From contig DMZH01000001.1 of the NCBI GenBank assembly GCA_003484955.1, forward strand, positions 23,848 through 87,847: a stretch of 64,000 bases of DNA, read 5' to 3'. Source of the stretch: Candidatus Woesebacteria bacterium. GTDB taxonomy: Bacteria > Patescibacteriota > Microgenomatia > UBA8517. Each line of letters starts with the position of its first letter. Positions within the stretch are counted from its first letter, which is position 1. Of the stretch, positions 55,510-64,000 are shown piece by piece. Position numbers and translations under genes: made by a program. The notes under the pieces are model-generated. The model was not told the origin of the DNA and did not search any database. It was given only the letters and a program-made list of their open reading frames with translations.

Positions 55510-55893
55510 TTAGACTCTGCGTTTCTTCTTCGGTCTTGGTCCGTTATGTGGAACCGGTGTAATATCTGCAATCAAGGAAATTTTAACTCCCGTAGCCTTT
55601 ATGGCTCTTAAAGCTGCATCGCGTCCCGCACCGGGACCTTTAACATAAATTTCAACTTCATTAACCCCATTCACATCTTTAACCTTATTTATCACTTTTT
55701 CAACCGCACTTGTTGCGGCAAATGGTGTTGCGCGCCTTGTACCTTTGAACCCGGATGCGCCTGAGGATCCCCAAGCTAAAGTTTCTCCTTGGGTGTTGGT
55801 AACGGTTACCAAGGTGTTGTTAAAGGAAGCGGAAATGTAAACCCTACCCAAACCGACTTCCTTATTGATTGTTTTTTTAGCTTTAGTCGCCAT
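55510..55893 (-). CDS. rpsK: 30S ribosomal protein S11
   Basis: GRVYISASFNNT...GFKGTRRATPFAA is the S11 core. Confidence 0.9.
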   Translation of the reverse strand: MATKAKKTINKEVGLGRVYISASFNNTLVTVTNTQGETLAWGSSGASGFKGTRRATPFAATSAVEKVINKVKDVNGVNEVEIYVKGPGAGRDAALRAIKATGVKISLIADITPVPHNGPRPKKKRRV

Positions 55894-55897
55894 ATTG

Positions 55898-56308
55898 TTA
55901 TTTTGCTTTTTCGTCTTTGTTCGCAGTCATCTTGGACAGCATTTCTTTCTTAAAGGCTCCCACTGTCTTTCTTTTTCCGCGTTTTGTACGGGCGTTTGTT
56001 CTTGTTCTTTGTCCTCTTGCCGGAAGACCTCTCACATGTCTCATACCACGGTACGAACCGATTATTTGCAGTCTCTGAATGTTTTCCCTAACTACTCTGG
56101 CTATATCACCTTCTATTTGATATTTTTCAAGTTCTGTGTTTATTTTTGAAATTTCTTCACTGGACAAATCCGATACTCTTTTTTTGATATCAATGCCACA
56201 ATCTTTTAAAACTTTTTCGGACAAAGTCCAGCCTAACCCTCTAATTTTGGTGAGAGCATAATTTGCTTTCCAATTATCTTGTAAATCAATGCCGGCAATT
56301 CTTGTCAT
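55898..56308 (-). CDS. rpsM: 30S ribosomal protein S13
   Basis: MTRIAGIDL...IRGLG...IGSYRGMRH is conserved. Confidence 0.9.
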   Translation of the reverse strand: MTRIAGIDLQDNWKANYALTKIRGLGWTLSEKVLKDCGIDIKKRVSDLSSEEISKINTELEKYQIEGDIARVVRENIQRLQIIGSYRGMRHVRGLPARGQRTRTNARTKRGKRKTVGAFKKEMLSKMTANKDEKAK

Positions 56309-56346
56309 GTTTTAATAAATAGGAAATTAATCCTGGCTTGTTTTCG

Positions 56347-56460
56347 TCATCCCTGACGCTGCTTATGCCTGGGATTTTTGCAAATGACGTATAAAACGCC
56401 TTTGCGCCTAACAATCTTACAGTCCTTACATCTGGCTTTTATCGAACTTAAAACTTTCAT
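56347..56460 (-). CDS. rpmJ: 50S ribosomal protein L36 (unannotated, 37 aa)
   Basis: I translated it by hand: [37 protein letters not shown]. It carries the C-x2-C-x12-C-x4-H zinc ribbon and lies between infA and rpsM, as expected. Confidence 0.8.
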   Translation of the reverse strand: MKVLSSIKARCKDCKIVRRKGVLYVICKNPRHKQRQG

Positions 56461-56470
56461 ATATTTTATA

Positions 56471-56686
56471 TCAATATTTGTACACTATTCGGCCTCTACC
56501 TTCGTCGTAAGGTGTCATTTCGACTTTCACCCTGTCTCCCGGAAAAACTCTTGTGTAATTCCTGCGCATTCTCCCGGTCAATGTTGCCAAAATGACCTTG
56601 CCATCCACAAGCTCAACTCTGAACATTGTGTTGGGAAGGGCGGCAGAAACTGTACCATCTACCTCAACTACATTCTTGGTTTTCAT
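56471..56686 (-). CDS. infA: Translation initiation factor IF-1
   Basis: It has an S1-like OB fold with [18 protein letters not shown]...VKVEMTPYD. Confidence 0.9.
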   Translation of the reverse strand: MKTKNVVEVDGTVSAALPNTMFRVELVDGKVILATLTGRMRRNYTRVFPGDRVKVEMTPYDEGRGRIVYKY

Positions 56687-57432
56687 CTCGTTAAAACTTG
56701 TGCTCCTTTTTCCGTTACGGCAACTGTATCCTCGAAAAGTCCTGATATTTTACCATCACGCATAGCAATTGTCCATCCGTCTTCCAAGATCTCAACTTTG
56801 TCGGATCCCGCTGCGTACATTACTTCAACTGCCAGTACCATTCCCTTTTTGATTACGGGACTATCCTCAACCCTTCCGGGCACAAAACAGGGAATTTGCG
56901 GATCTTCGTGGAGTTTACGGCCCACCCCATGCCCAACAAGCGCTTTTATGGTTGAATATCCCGCACCCTCAACAACTTGCTGTATTGCATTCGAAATATC
57001 ATAGATATAGTTGCCTTCTTTAACTTCTTTCAGGGCTTTTTGCAAAGCCAGTTCTCCCGTACCTAAAAATTTTTTAACTTCCGGTGCGGGGCTTACCCCA
57101 ACAGTAATAGATGTATCTGTATGAAAACCCTTGTAATAAATTCCAACATCAATACTGACTATGTCACCGTTTTTAAAAATAACATCGGATGTTGGAATTC
57201 CGTGCACTAGACCTTCGTTTATATTTATACATGTCGCCCAGTAATAATTGGGTTCTTTATCAAAAGATGGCTCGACTCCTTCCTCTTTTATTAACTTCAT
57301 CGCCAAGTTTTCGATATCGAGAGCCGTCACGCCCGGCTTAACCGCAGCGGCTAATGTTTTCTTAATTCTACCAAGCCTGATACCCCCCTCACTCATAATT
57401 TGAATTTCTCCCGGAGATTTAATTTTGATCAT
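56683..57432 (-). CDS. map: Methionine aminopeptidase type I
   Basis: Metal ligands sit in DIVSIDVG...HGVG...VLAVEVM, the pita-bread fold. Confidence 0.9.
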   Translation of the reverse strand: MIKIKSPGEIQIMSEGGIRLGRIKKTLAAAVKPGVTALDIENLAMKLIKEEGVEPSFDKEPNYYWATCININEGLVHGIPTSDVIFKNGDIVSIDVGIYYKGFHTDTSITVGVSPAPEVKKFLGTGELALQKALKEVKEGNYIYDISNAIQQVVEGAGYSTIKALVGHGVGRKLHEDPQIPCFVPGRVEDSPVIKKGMVLAVEVMYAAGSDKVEILEDGWTIAMRDGKISGLFEDTVAVTEKGAQVLTR

Positions 57433-58075
57433 CTTCTTTCGCCTTCCGAACTATTTCTTCCAGGTCTTTCGCAATTTCCTCAATGGGACGATCTCCGTTC
57501 ACTTTTGTAAGATTCCCTTTGACGTCTGCATAATCAATTAACTCTTTTGTATTTTGAAGATAATACTCGAATCTTGTTTTGATTGCTTCAGGTTTATCGT
57601 CATCCCGCTGGACAAGTGTGCCACTGCATTTGTCGCAAACTCCGAAGCTTTTTGGAGGTTTTGACTCTGTATTAAAAATTTCACCGCAGCCGCTGCACAT
57701 CCACCTTGCTGAAATTCTTTTAATTGCCACGTCCATTGGAACTTCTAAAGAAATTACAACGTCAATGTCATCCCCTTTGCTTTTCAGAAAATTGTCTAAA
57801 GCTTCATATTGAGATATAAATCTCGGAAAACCTTCAAAGAGAATATCCCTAAGGTCTGGCTTTTTGTTTTCCAAAAAATCCAACACGTGCATCGTTATTT
57901 CTTCCGGAGGGATTAATTTTCCCGAGTTGATAATTTCTTTAATTCTCGGGTCAGTTTCTGCCAGCTTTCTGGCAATGTCTCCCGTCGAGAGATGAAAAAG
58001 ATTAAACTTTTTAGATAAGATTTCGGCCTGAGTACCTTTTCCTGAAGCGGGAGAACCAAGTAAAACGATATTCAT
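57419..58075 (-). CDS. adk: Adenylate kinase with a zinc-binding lid
   Basis: GSPASGKGTQAE is the P-loop. The lid carries CSGCGE...CDKCSG. Confidence 0.9.
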   Translation of the reverse strand: MNIVLLGSPASGKGTQAEILSKKFNLFHLSTGDIARKLAETDPRIKEIINSGKLIPPEEITMHVLDFLENKKPDLRDILFEGFPRFISQYEALDNFLKSKGDDIDVVISLEVPMDVAIKRISARWMCSGCGEIFNTESKPPKSFGVCDKCSGTLVQRDDDKPEAIKTRFEYYLQNTKELIDYADVKGNLTKVNGDRPIEEIAKDLEEIVRKAKEDDQN

Positions 58076-58076
58076 G

Positions 58077-59357
58077 TTAAATAAACCCCTCGTACCTTTC
58101 CATTACCAGTTCACCTTCTATTTCACGGACAATCTCCAGAACAACAGAGACAACGATCAAAATACTTGTCCCTCCTATTGCCATGTTTGAAGCACCGACA
58201 AAGTTCTGGAAAAGGGAGGGGAGCACCGCAATAAGCCCCAAGAATGCTCCTCCCACAACGGTAATTCTTGAAAGAATGTGAGATAGATATTTTTCAGTTT
58301 CTTTCCCCGGCCTTATTCCCGGAATAAAACCGCCGCCTTTTTGTAAATCTTCAGAAATTTTTTCGGGGTTAAAAACTACCGCCGTATAAAAATATGTAAA
58401 TCCGAAAACCAAGAAGAAATAAACGACATTATAAAGAACAGATTGAGGACTAAATGCCGTACTCATTGTTCTGGCAATACCGGCAATTTGTATGTTGGAA
58501 GCATTCGACAAAAACTGTCCTATCATAGAAGGTATAAGCACTAAAGATACGGCAAAAATAATAGGGATAACTCCCGCCTGATTAAGTCTTATGGGAAGGT
58601 AGGAAGATGCCGCGAGTCCGGATTCCGTTCTTCTTTTTGCATAATGTATCGGAATTTGACGGGTTGCTTCGCCAACAAAGACAACAAGGCCGACGATTAG
58701 GACCAGTACCGCAAAAAATATAATCATTTTGAAAATATCCTGTGACTGAAAGATACTTGCCGATTGGCTCAGAATCACGGGGAGTCTGGCAATAATACCG
58801 ACAAAGATAAGTATAGAGACTCCGTTTTTGAAGCCGTACTCGGTAATCAATTCCCCGAGCCAAACAGCAAAAACAGTACCTGCCGTCATTGTGATAACCA
58901 AGGAAAAAAGATCAATTGGACTTAATCCTGTAATAATATTTTGCCCCTTAAGAAGGGCATACATACCAAATGCTTGAACAGCTGCCAGGGGTATTGTTAC
59001 AAGACGGGTGTATTGGTTTATTTTTTCCTGGCCATATTCGCCCTCTTTTTGAAGTTCAGCAATTGACGGAACAACATAGCCCAAAAGCTGAAAAATAATC
59101 GAAGCATTAATGTAGGGGTTCAAGCCCAGTGCCAAAATTGAAAAGTTGGCCAAAGTTCCACCCGAAAAAACATCCAGAAGCGACAAAAGCGGGCTTCCCA
59201 AGAAAAGTGCCGAAAGAGTATCTCTATCAATTCCGGCAGCGGGAATGTGGGCCGCGAGTCTAAAAACGACAAGTATTATCCCCGTTATAATTAATTTTTT
59301 CCTGATAGAGCGGGTTTTGGCGGCTTTTACAAAAAATTGAGCAATCGACTTAAACAT
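58077..59357 (-). CDS. secY: Protein translocase subunit SecY
   Basis: It has 10 TM helices with the conserved plug and hinge regions, in the expected operon position. Confidence 0.9.
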   Translation of the reverse strand: MFKSIAQFFVKAAKTRSIRKKLIITGIILVVFRLAAHIPAAGIDRDTLSALFLGSPLLSLLDVFSGGTLANFSILALGLNPYINASIIFQLLGYVVPSIAELQKEGEYGQEKINQYTRLVTIPLAAVQAFGMYALLKGQNIITGLSPIDLFSLVITMTAGTVFAVWLGELITEYGFKNGVSILIFVGIIARLPVILSQSASIFQSQDIFKMIIFFAVLVLIVGLVVFVGEATRQIPIHYAKRRTESGLAASSYLPIRLNQAGVIPIIFAVSLVLIPSMIGQFLSNASNIQIAGIARTMSTAFSPQSVLYNVVYFFLVFGFTYFYTAVVFNPEKISEDLQKGGGFIPGIRPGKETEKYLSHILSRITVVGGAFLGLIAVLPSLFQNFVGASNMAIGGTSILIVVSVVLEIVREIEGELVMERYEGFI

Positions 59358-59404
59358 ACGTATTCACGATTATATCCCAAAAGTGATCCTAAAAACAGCT
59401 GTGT

Positions 59405-60070
59405 TTACTGGCAGTTGGAGGACTTAACAAAACCCGCGGCTTTGGCTTCATTCTCTGTGCAGAACCAATCTTCCCCCCGATATCTTTCAACTTTTGTTTG
59501 ATCGTAATCGCGACACCCGGGCAACATATATATGTATTTATTCAAATCATGGGAAATCTGACCTTTTATACCGCAGTTCTTCTTTATCGGAACCGTTGGA
59601 GAACATTCTTCCGAAAAAATTCCTAATTTATTGTCTCTTGCATAATAGCTGGTTTCCTTAATGATCTCTGAAGTCTCGGTTTTATTGCCATCATAATAAG
59701 CAAAACCGTTCTTGGACATATATTCATTAACAAATTCTCCGTCAACGTATACAAACGCCTGAATCCGCTTATAAATATCTGTCTTAAGACCTTTTAGAAT
59801 TACTTTTTTACCAAAGACTTTGCTGGAAAGAGCATCTTTCGCTTCCTCACCAAAACAATACTGAAGTTCCGGTGCGTCTATTCCAAATAAACGTATCGAT
59901 TGTCCGTTTTCTATTCTGAATGTATCACCATCTATTACTTCGGTTACTATTTCCCCAGGATCTATTACCCTTTTGGTAACAGTGGCTGACCCGGCAATTA
60001 TTCCAATCGCGCCAATTGCAACCAGAGCTTTTTTGAAAGAAAATTTCTTTTTCTTGGAAGGCTTAGGCAT
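59405..60070 (-). CDS. Membrane-anchored staphylococcal-type (thermonuclease-like) nuclease with a Cys-containing C-terminal extension
   Basis: A TM anchor is followed by VIDGDTFRIENGQSIRLFGIDAPE...DIYKRIQAFVYVDG, the SNase core. The start is trimmed to the ATG at 60070. Confidence 0.7.
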   Translation of the reverse strand: MPKPSKKKKFSFKKALVAIGAIGIIAGSATVTKRVIDPGEIVTEVIDGDTFRIENGQSIRLFGIDAPELQYCFGEEAKDALSSKVFGKKVILKGLKTDIYKRIQAFVYVDGEFVNEYMSKNGFAYYDGNKTETSEIIKETSYYARDNKLGIFSEECSPTVPIKKNCGIKGQISHDLNKYIYMLPGCRDYDQTKVERYRGEDWFCTENEAKAAGFVKSSNCQ

Positions 60071-60077
60071 ATATTTA

Positions 60078-60338
60078 TTAATATACTTCGTTATGCGTTC
60101 CAAACTTTAAACAGTATATATAATTGTCTTCAATTTTAATTTTTATTCGATAACTTTCATTTACTGAAACAGACCAGTATTCCATGCCGGACAACTTATG
60201 AAGTCTTAATGATCTACTGTTAACATTCGTATTTAGGAGAAGTAGAGTTTTTTCAACTTGGCCATGCAATTTACGATTATGATTAATCTGTTTCTCTAAT
60301 TCCTTTTTAAAGGATTTTGAGAGAACGACTTCGTACAT
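60078..60338 (-). CDS. RelE/ParE-family type II toxin
   Basis: YEVVLSKSFKKELEK...LRLHKLSGMEYWSVSV...YRIKIKIEDNYIYCLKFGTHNE matches the RelE/ParE/YafQ pattern. Confidence 0.7.
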   Translation of the reverse strand: MYEVVLSKSFKKELEKQINHNRKLHGQVEKTLLLLNTNVNSRSLRLHKLSGMEYWSVSVNESYRIKIKIEDNYIYCLKFGTHNEVY

Positions 60339-60347
60339 ACGAAATCA

Positions 60348-60584
60348 TTATCTAATAGATTTCATATACTTTTCAACATCGCCCTTGTTTTTCAAAACAG
60401 TTGCCTTTCCTGTCTTTAAATCTTTCTTTGCTTCTAAATAGAGCTGATCGAGATTGGTCTTTTCTATAGAATTTCTGAGAGAATCACGAACCAGATCACT
60501 AAACGATGAATAGAAACCTGCCTTAACCAAATCTTCACCCGCTTCTTTTAATTTGTCTGGCAATGAGATATTTATTGTACTCAT
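60348..60584 (-). CDS. Ribbon-helix-helix antitoxin (ParD/CopG-like)
   Basis: MSTINISLPDKLKE is an N-terminal beta-strand RHH signature. It lies immediately upstream of the toxin. The start is trimmed to the ATG at 60584. Confidence 0.6.
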   Translation of the reverse strand: MSTINISLPDKLKEAGEDLVKAGFYSSFSDLVRDSLRNSIEKTNLDQLYLEAKKDLKTGKATVLKNKGDVEKYMKSIR

Positions 60585-60724
60585 ACAATATATGTACATT
60601 TTTCATACATATATGTCAAGTGCCACTTGGCATACCAGGGGCGAGTTTTGGTGAGGTTAATGGAAAATGGCATTTCAAACCCCCCAAACGTCAAATCCCT
60701 TCTTAATTTGATATAATATGGGCT

Positions 60725-61210
60725 GTGGACAAGAAAATCAGAGATATATTAGCGAAAGGACTTGGTGAGGGTTATGTTGGCAGAAGTGTCAAAGGACTAG
60801 TAGATCGTGCTGGACACACTTTGGAAACAAGTGATTACCAGGGACCGGAAGGAAAATATCACGATGAATGGGCAGCGCACCAAAATGGCGGTGGGCAGGA
60901 ACTTGTTGAAACTCCGGATGGCAAAAAAGCCACTAGGGTTTACGCAGGTGGCTCTCTACATGAAGAAGAATTAATAAAAATAGGTTTAACTGGAAAAGAT
61001 GTCATTAGAAAGCTGGTTTTCTTTGTTAACCAATTGGGAGAAAAAACCAGGTTAGACACAGATGCCGAATCGACAGAGGGCAACTGGAGTTATTCATACA
61101 AAATTCTCAAATCGGTTCAGGAAATTCCGGTTGATGTCGCAGAAGAAGAAATAAAATACAAAGGAAATTTAGTTTTTATTCACTTCCACATAAATTCCCC
61201 TGTAAGGTAA
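60725..61210 (+). CDS. Hypothetical protein, the only plus-strand gene inside the ribosomal cluster
   Basis: It has a GTG start 12 nt after a TATAAT box, and a 161-aa acidic product. No family was recognised. Confidence 0.45.
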   Translation: MDKKIRDILAKGLGEGYVGRSVKGLVDRAGHTLETSDYQGPEGKYHDEWAAHQNGGGQELVETPDGKKATRVYAGGSLHEEELIKIGLTGKDVIRKLVFFVNQLGEKTRLDTDAESTEGNWSYSYKILKSVQEIPVDVAEEEIKYKGNLVFIHFHINSPVR

Positions 61211-61214
61211 TCTT

Positions 61215-61673
61215 TTATTTTGAAGTTTTAACCTCTTTTTCGGCAGGCTTCTCGGAGGAGGCGGTAACAGTAATAACCTTTCCTGAAGTAGGAACTGAGA
61301 ACTTAAATTTCTTTGGGTTTTTACCAACACTTAAAATTTTTACTCCGTTAATTTTTGCCAACTTTCCGTTTACCACACCCAATTTGACAAGTTTCTCAAG
61401 TGTAATTTCTGTTCCATCAGTAAGCTTTTCGAGCCTTTTATAGTTAACTATTTCCGGTCGTGCTTTTGCATGGAATTTACCTTTACCGCGCATTAAGGGA
61501 AGTCTTTTAAGTAAAGACTTTCTCATCTTCATTCCCTCAAAAAGTACTCCGATCGTACCTCTACTTTTTTGTCCTTTTTGACCACGCCCAGTGGTATGGG
61601 ATCCTTTTCCGCTTCCCATTCCTCTACCGACTCTTTTCTTAGACTTTTGTATTACTTTTGGTAAATTTGCCAT
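61215..61673 (-). CDS. rplO: 50S ribosomal protein L15
   Basis: KRVGRGMGSGKGSHTTGRGQKGQKSR is the L15 signature. Confidence 0.9.
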   Translation of the reverse strand: MANLPKVIQKSKKRVGRGMGSGKGSHTTGRGQKGQKSRGTIGVLFEGMKMRKSLLKRLPLMRGKGKFHAKARPEIVNYKRLEKLTDGTEITLEKLVKLGVVNGKLAKINGVKILSVGKNPKKFKFSVPTSGKVITVTASSEKPAEKEVKTSK

Positions 61674-61697
61674 ATTATTATTCTACTTCGCTCAGAT

Positions 61698-62195
61698 TTA
61701 TACTTTTCTCTTAATGTCCACGATTCCTGAAATTGTTTCCAGCGCTTTCAGCGTCGCATAAACATTTGAAATCTTATTCTTCGTTCCTAAAATCTTTCCG
61801 ACGGCATCCCTGATTCCGGCCGCTTCAAGAACAACTCTCATTGGGCCTCCTGCAATAATACCGGATCCTGGGGGAGCCGGCTTGAGAAGAACCTTGGCTG
61901 CTGAGAACTTTTCACTAACGGAATAAGGAACGGTTGTTCCGACAAGTGGAACCAGAATCAGCTTTCTCTTTGCTGCCTCTATTGCTTTTCTAATGGCGTT
62001 CCTGACATCTGTTGCTTTGGCAAGTCCAACTCCAACCTTACCTTTTCGGTCTCCAACAACAACCAGAGCGGAAAACCTTATTTGGTTTCCACCTTTGGTC
62101 TTTTTGGAAATCCTGTTGATTTGAACCACCGTTTCCTCAAACTCTTTAGGTGCTCCTTCGTAATTACTCCTTCTTCCTCTATTAAAGTTTCCCAT
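61698..62195 (-). CDS. rpsE: 30S ribosomal protein S5
   Basis: VVQINRISKKTKGGNQIRFSALVVVGD covers the dsRBD and S5 domain 2. The start is trimmed to the ATG at 62195, which follows GGAGG. Confidence 0.9.
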   Translation of the reverse strand: MGNFNRGRRSNYEGAPKEFEETVVQINRISKKTKGGNQIRFSALVVVGDRKGKVGVGLAKATDVRNAIRKAIEAAKRKLILVPLVGTTVPYSVSEKFSAAKVLLKPAPPGSGIIAGGPMRVVLEAAGIRDAVGKILGTKNKISNVYATLKALETISGIVDIKRKV

Positions 62196-62196
62196 T

Positions 62197-62556
62197 TTAA
62201 AATTCCAGTCCTCCTTTTCTGGCTCCTTCCGCCAACGCCTTAACTCTACCATGGAATCTAAATCCGTTTCTGTCAAAAACCACACTTTTAATCTTTTTGG
62301 CGATTGCCTTTTTTGCCAAATCTTCCCCGACGTTTCCGGCGATTTGAATCTTGGTCTCCTTAGTTTTTCCTTTGACGGTCAAGTCAGATGAAGAAACTAA
62401 AGTGATACTCTTCTCATCATTAATAATTTGTCCATAAATATGCGTATTGGAACGGAAAACCGAAAATCTCGGCCTTTTAGACGTCCCTGTAATTCTTGCA
62501 CGGACTCTTGCTTTCCTCTGAACGTATCTTTTTGTTTTTAATTGTAAATTACTCAT
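62197..62556 (-). CDS. rplR: 50S ribosomal protein L18
   Basis: PRFSVFRSNTHIYGQIIND and the C-terminal GRVKALAEGAR are conserved. Confidence 0.9.
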   Translation of the reverse strand: MSNLQLKTKRYVQRKARVRARITGTSKRPRFSVFRSNTHIYGQIINDEKSITLVSSSDLTVKGKTKETKIQIAGNVGEDLAKKAIAKKIKSVVFDRNGFRFHGRVKALAEGARKGGLEF

Positions 62557-62562
62557 AATATA

Positions 62563-63117
62563 TTAGGCGGCAGGACCTGCTTTAGCTGCAGCAGCCTTAC
62601 CGGCTTTTCTCCTTATCACCTCATCTACATATTTAATACCTTTTCCTTTATATGGCTCCGGCGGCCTCACTGCTCTTATATTGGCAGCAACCTGGCCAAC
62701 AAGTTCTCTGTCAAATCCGTCAACGGTAATTATTGTCTTTTCAACTTTAAAAGTAATCCCTTCGGGGGCGTTAATTTTAATAGAATGGGAATATCCCACA
62801 GTTAAGGATAAATCGCGTCCGACAAGCTCTGCTTTAAATCCTGTTCCGACAAGTTCCAATTTTTTACTCCAACCCGTGGAAACCCCAATCACATCATTAT
62901 TGATAAGTGCCCTTGTTGTTCCAAAGAGGGACATTACATATTTTCCCGAACCCTTGGCACTGACAATTACCTTTCCATCGTTTACTTCTACCGCAATCTC
63001 GGCAGCAAAATGCTTCTTCAGGGTTCCTTTTGGACCGGTAACGGTAACTGTGTGTCCATCAACACTAACAGCGACTCCGCTTGGTATAATAACTGGTTGT
63101 TTTCCTATCTTGCTCAT
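62563..63117 (-). CDS. rplF: 50S ribosomal protein L6
   Basis: MSKIGKQPVIIPSGVAV opens the protein. Two L6 repeats are present. Confidence 0.9.
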   Translation of the reverse strand: MSKIGKQPVIIPSGVAVSVDGHTVTVTGPKGTLKKHFAAEIAVEVNDGKVIVSAKGSGKYVMSLFGTTRALINNDVIGVSTGWSKKLELVGTGFKAELVGRDLSLTVGYSHSIKINAPEGITFKVEKTIITVDGFDRELVGQVAANIRAVRPPEPYKGKGIKYVDEVIRRKAGKAAAAKAGPAA

Positions 63118-63132
63118 ATATTTATATTATAG

Positions 63133-63528
63133 TTACCAAATCTCTGCGATTACCTCTCCTCCGACCCTATCTTTAATTGCTTTCAAAGACGAAATCACTC
63201 CTTTTGGTGTCGAAACCAAAAGAACGGAAGGACTCTTTTTTTCTTCAAGTTCGTCAACTCCCATATAAACCCTAAGACCGGGTTTTGAAATGAGTTTTAT
63301 GTCCATCAGTCTCGGTTTCTTATCTTTAAAGGTAAGTCTTGCGGTCAAAACTCCTTTTTCCTTCTTTACTTCATCCAAAAATCCCATTTTTTTAAGAGCT
63401 TCGGCAACGGCAACTATTTGGTTGTTGGAGGTAACCGTCACTTCCTTGTTTTTTGCCATTGCGACATTTTTGATTCTAATCAAAAAGTCTCCTACCGAAT
63501 AGTTTGTTACTGTTTGTTTTATTTTCAT
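63133..63528 (-). CDS. rpsH: 30S ribosomal protein S8
   Basis: DFLIRIKNV...GVISSLKAIKDRVGGEVIAEIW is the S8 pattern. Confidence 0.9.
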   Translation of the reverse strand: MKIKQTVTNYSVGDFLIRIKNVAMAKNKEVTVTSNNQIVAVAEALKKMGFLDEVKKEKGVLTARLTFKDKKPRLMDIKLISKPGLRVYMGVDELEEKKSPSVLLVSTPKGVISSLKAIKDRVGGEVIAEIW

Positions 63529-63541
63529 TTTTTTGCCGGGT

Positions 63542-63727
63542 TTACCAGGACGCCTTTCTAACCCCCGGGATTTCTCCTCTCAAGGCATGTTCTCTGAAAC
63601 AAAGTCTGCAAAGACCAAACCTGCGCATATAGCCATGCGACCTTCCGCAGATTTGACACCTGTTGTGGTATCTTACCTTAAACTTTAATTTTTTTGTTTC
63701 TCTAACTTCTTTTGCTGTTGTCGACAT
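63542..63727 (-). CDS. rpsZ: 30S ribosomal protein S14, type Z (zinc-binding)
   Basis: It is 61 aa with [23 protein letters not shown]. Confidence 0.9.
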   Translation of the reverse strand: MSTTAKEVRETKKLKFKVRYHNRCQICGRSHGYMRRFGLCRLCFREHALRGEIPGVRKASW

Positions 63728-63749
63728 ATTTTTATTTAATTTAAAACTA

Positions 63750-64000
63750 TTAATCTTTTTGGAACGGCATACCCATTAATTCCAATAGTCTTTTTGATTG
63801 TTCCTTGTCTTTGGCAGTCGTAACAATTGTAACTTCAAATCCATGGGCACTTGCACTTTTGGTCGAATCTATTTCAGGAAATACTGTGTGTTCTTCCAGT
63901 CCCAGAGTGTAGTTTCCCATTTCGTCAAAGGATTTTAAAGACACCCCTCTAAAGTCCCTCAGACGGGGCAAAACTATCGAAAAAAGCCTGTCCAAGAAAG
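63750..64000 (-). CDS. rplE: 50S ribosomal protein L5, C-terminal part (gene continues beyond the window end)
   Basis: [13 protein letters not shown]...[14 protein letters not shown] is the L5 C-terminal region. No start lies within the window. Confidence 0.85.
   Translation of the reverse strand, partial: FLDRLFSIVLPRLRDFRGVSLKSFDEMGNYTLGLEEHTVFPEIDSTKSASAHGFEVTIVTTAKDKEQSKRLLELMGMPFQKD

Noticed and set aside
1-64000. I searched for CRISPR arrays, integrases, transposases and phage genes.
   Set aside because: I found no direct-repeat/spacer periodicity, no recombinase or transposase motifs and no phage structural proteins. The only accessory-like content is the TA-nuclease islet and the metal island.

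Overview
This is an AT-rich, densely coding bacterial window, mostly minus strand. I infer a reduced Candidate Phyla Radiation (Patescibacteria)-type genome, not a database hit, on these grounds: the spc/alpha ribosomal operon runs rplE to rpsI with no rpmD (L30) between rpsE and rplO; GAPDH and AspRS are archaeal-type; RNase Y is short.

What the window contains:
- 59.4-61.2 kb: an insertion into the ribosomal operon carrying a staphylococcal-type nuclease, a RelE/ParD toxin-antitoxin pair and an orphan plus-strand gene.
- 49.0-52.4 kb: recA-recX, RNase Y and HU.
- 52.4 kb: a tRNA-Pro(GGG) with an atypical T-loop.
- 44.1-44.4 kb: a reduced RNase P RNA.
- 36.4-38.6 kb: secDF.
- 28.2-36.4 kb: gltX, aspS, recJ, cca.
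- 46.4-49.0 kb: an ABC-2 exporter.
- 42.6-43.3 kb: a type IV pilin.
- 1.4-4.5 kb: a GH130-like gene next to a GT4 glycosyltransferase fused to an (alpha/alpha)6 glycosidase-like domain.
- 15.4-22.3 kb: the main finding, a thiol/copper-handling island. It comprises csoR, three YHS-domain modules (two standalone, the third is the ABC ATPase at 11.3 kb), a CopA-like ATPase with an unusual CPD motif, a SCO1-like CxxxC protein, several small membrane proteins, and an adjacent three-gene operon of Cys-motif envelope proteins (DUF1573-like TSCxCT protein, CPLC membrane protein, CC-C-H secreted protein). A second DUF1573 copy is fused to rhodanese at 5.3 kb.
- 10.6-14.3 kb: a MacAB-like tripartite ABC exporter whose ATPase carries a C-terminal YHS domain.

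Four genes below the 60-aa ORF cutoff were read directly from the sequence: rpmJ, a 53-aa YHS protein, a 51-aa CC...CC peptide and a 45-aa zinc-ribbon protein. I found no transposase, integrase or CRISPR array.
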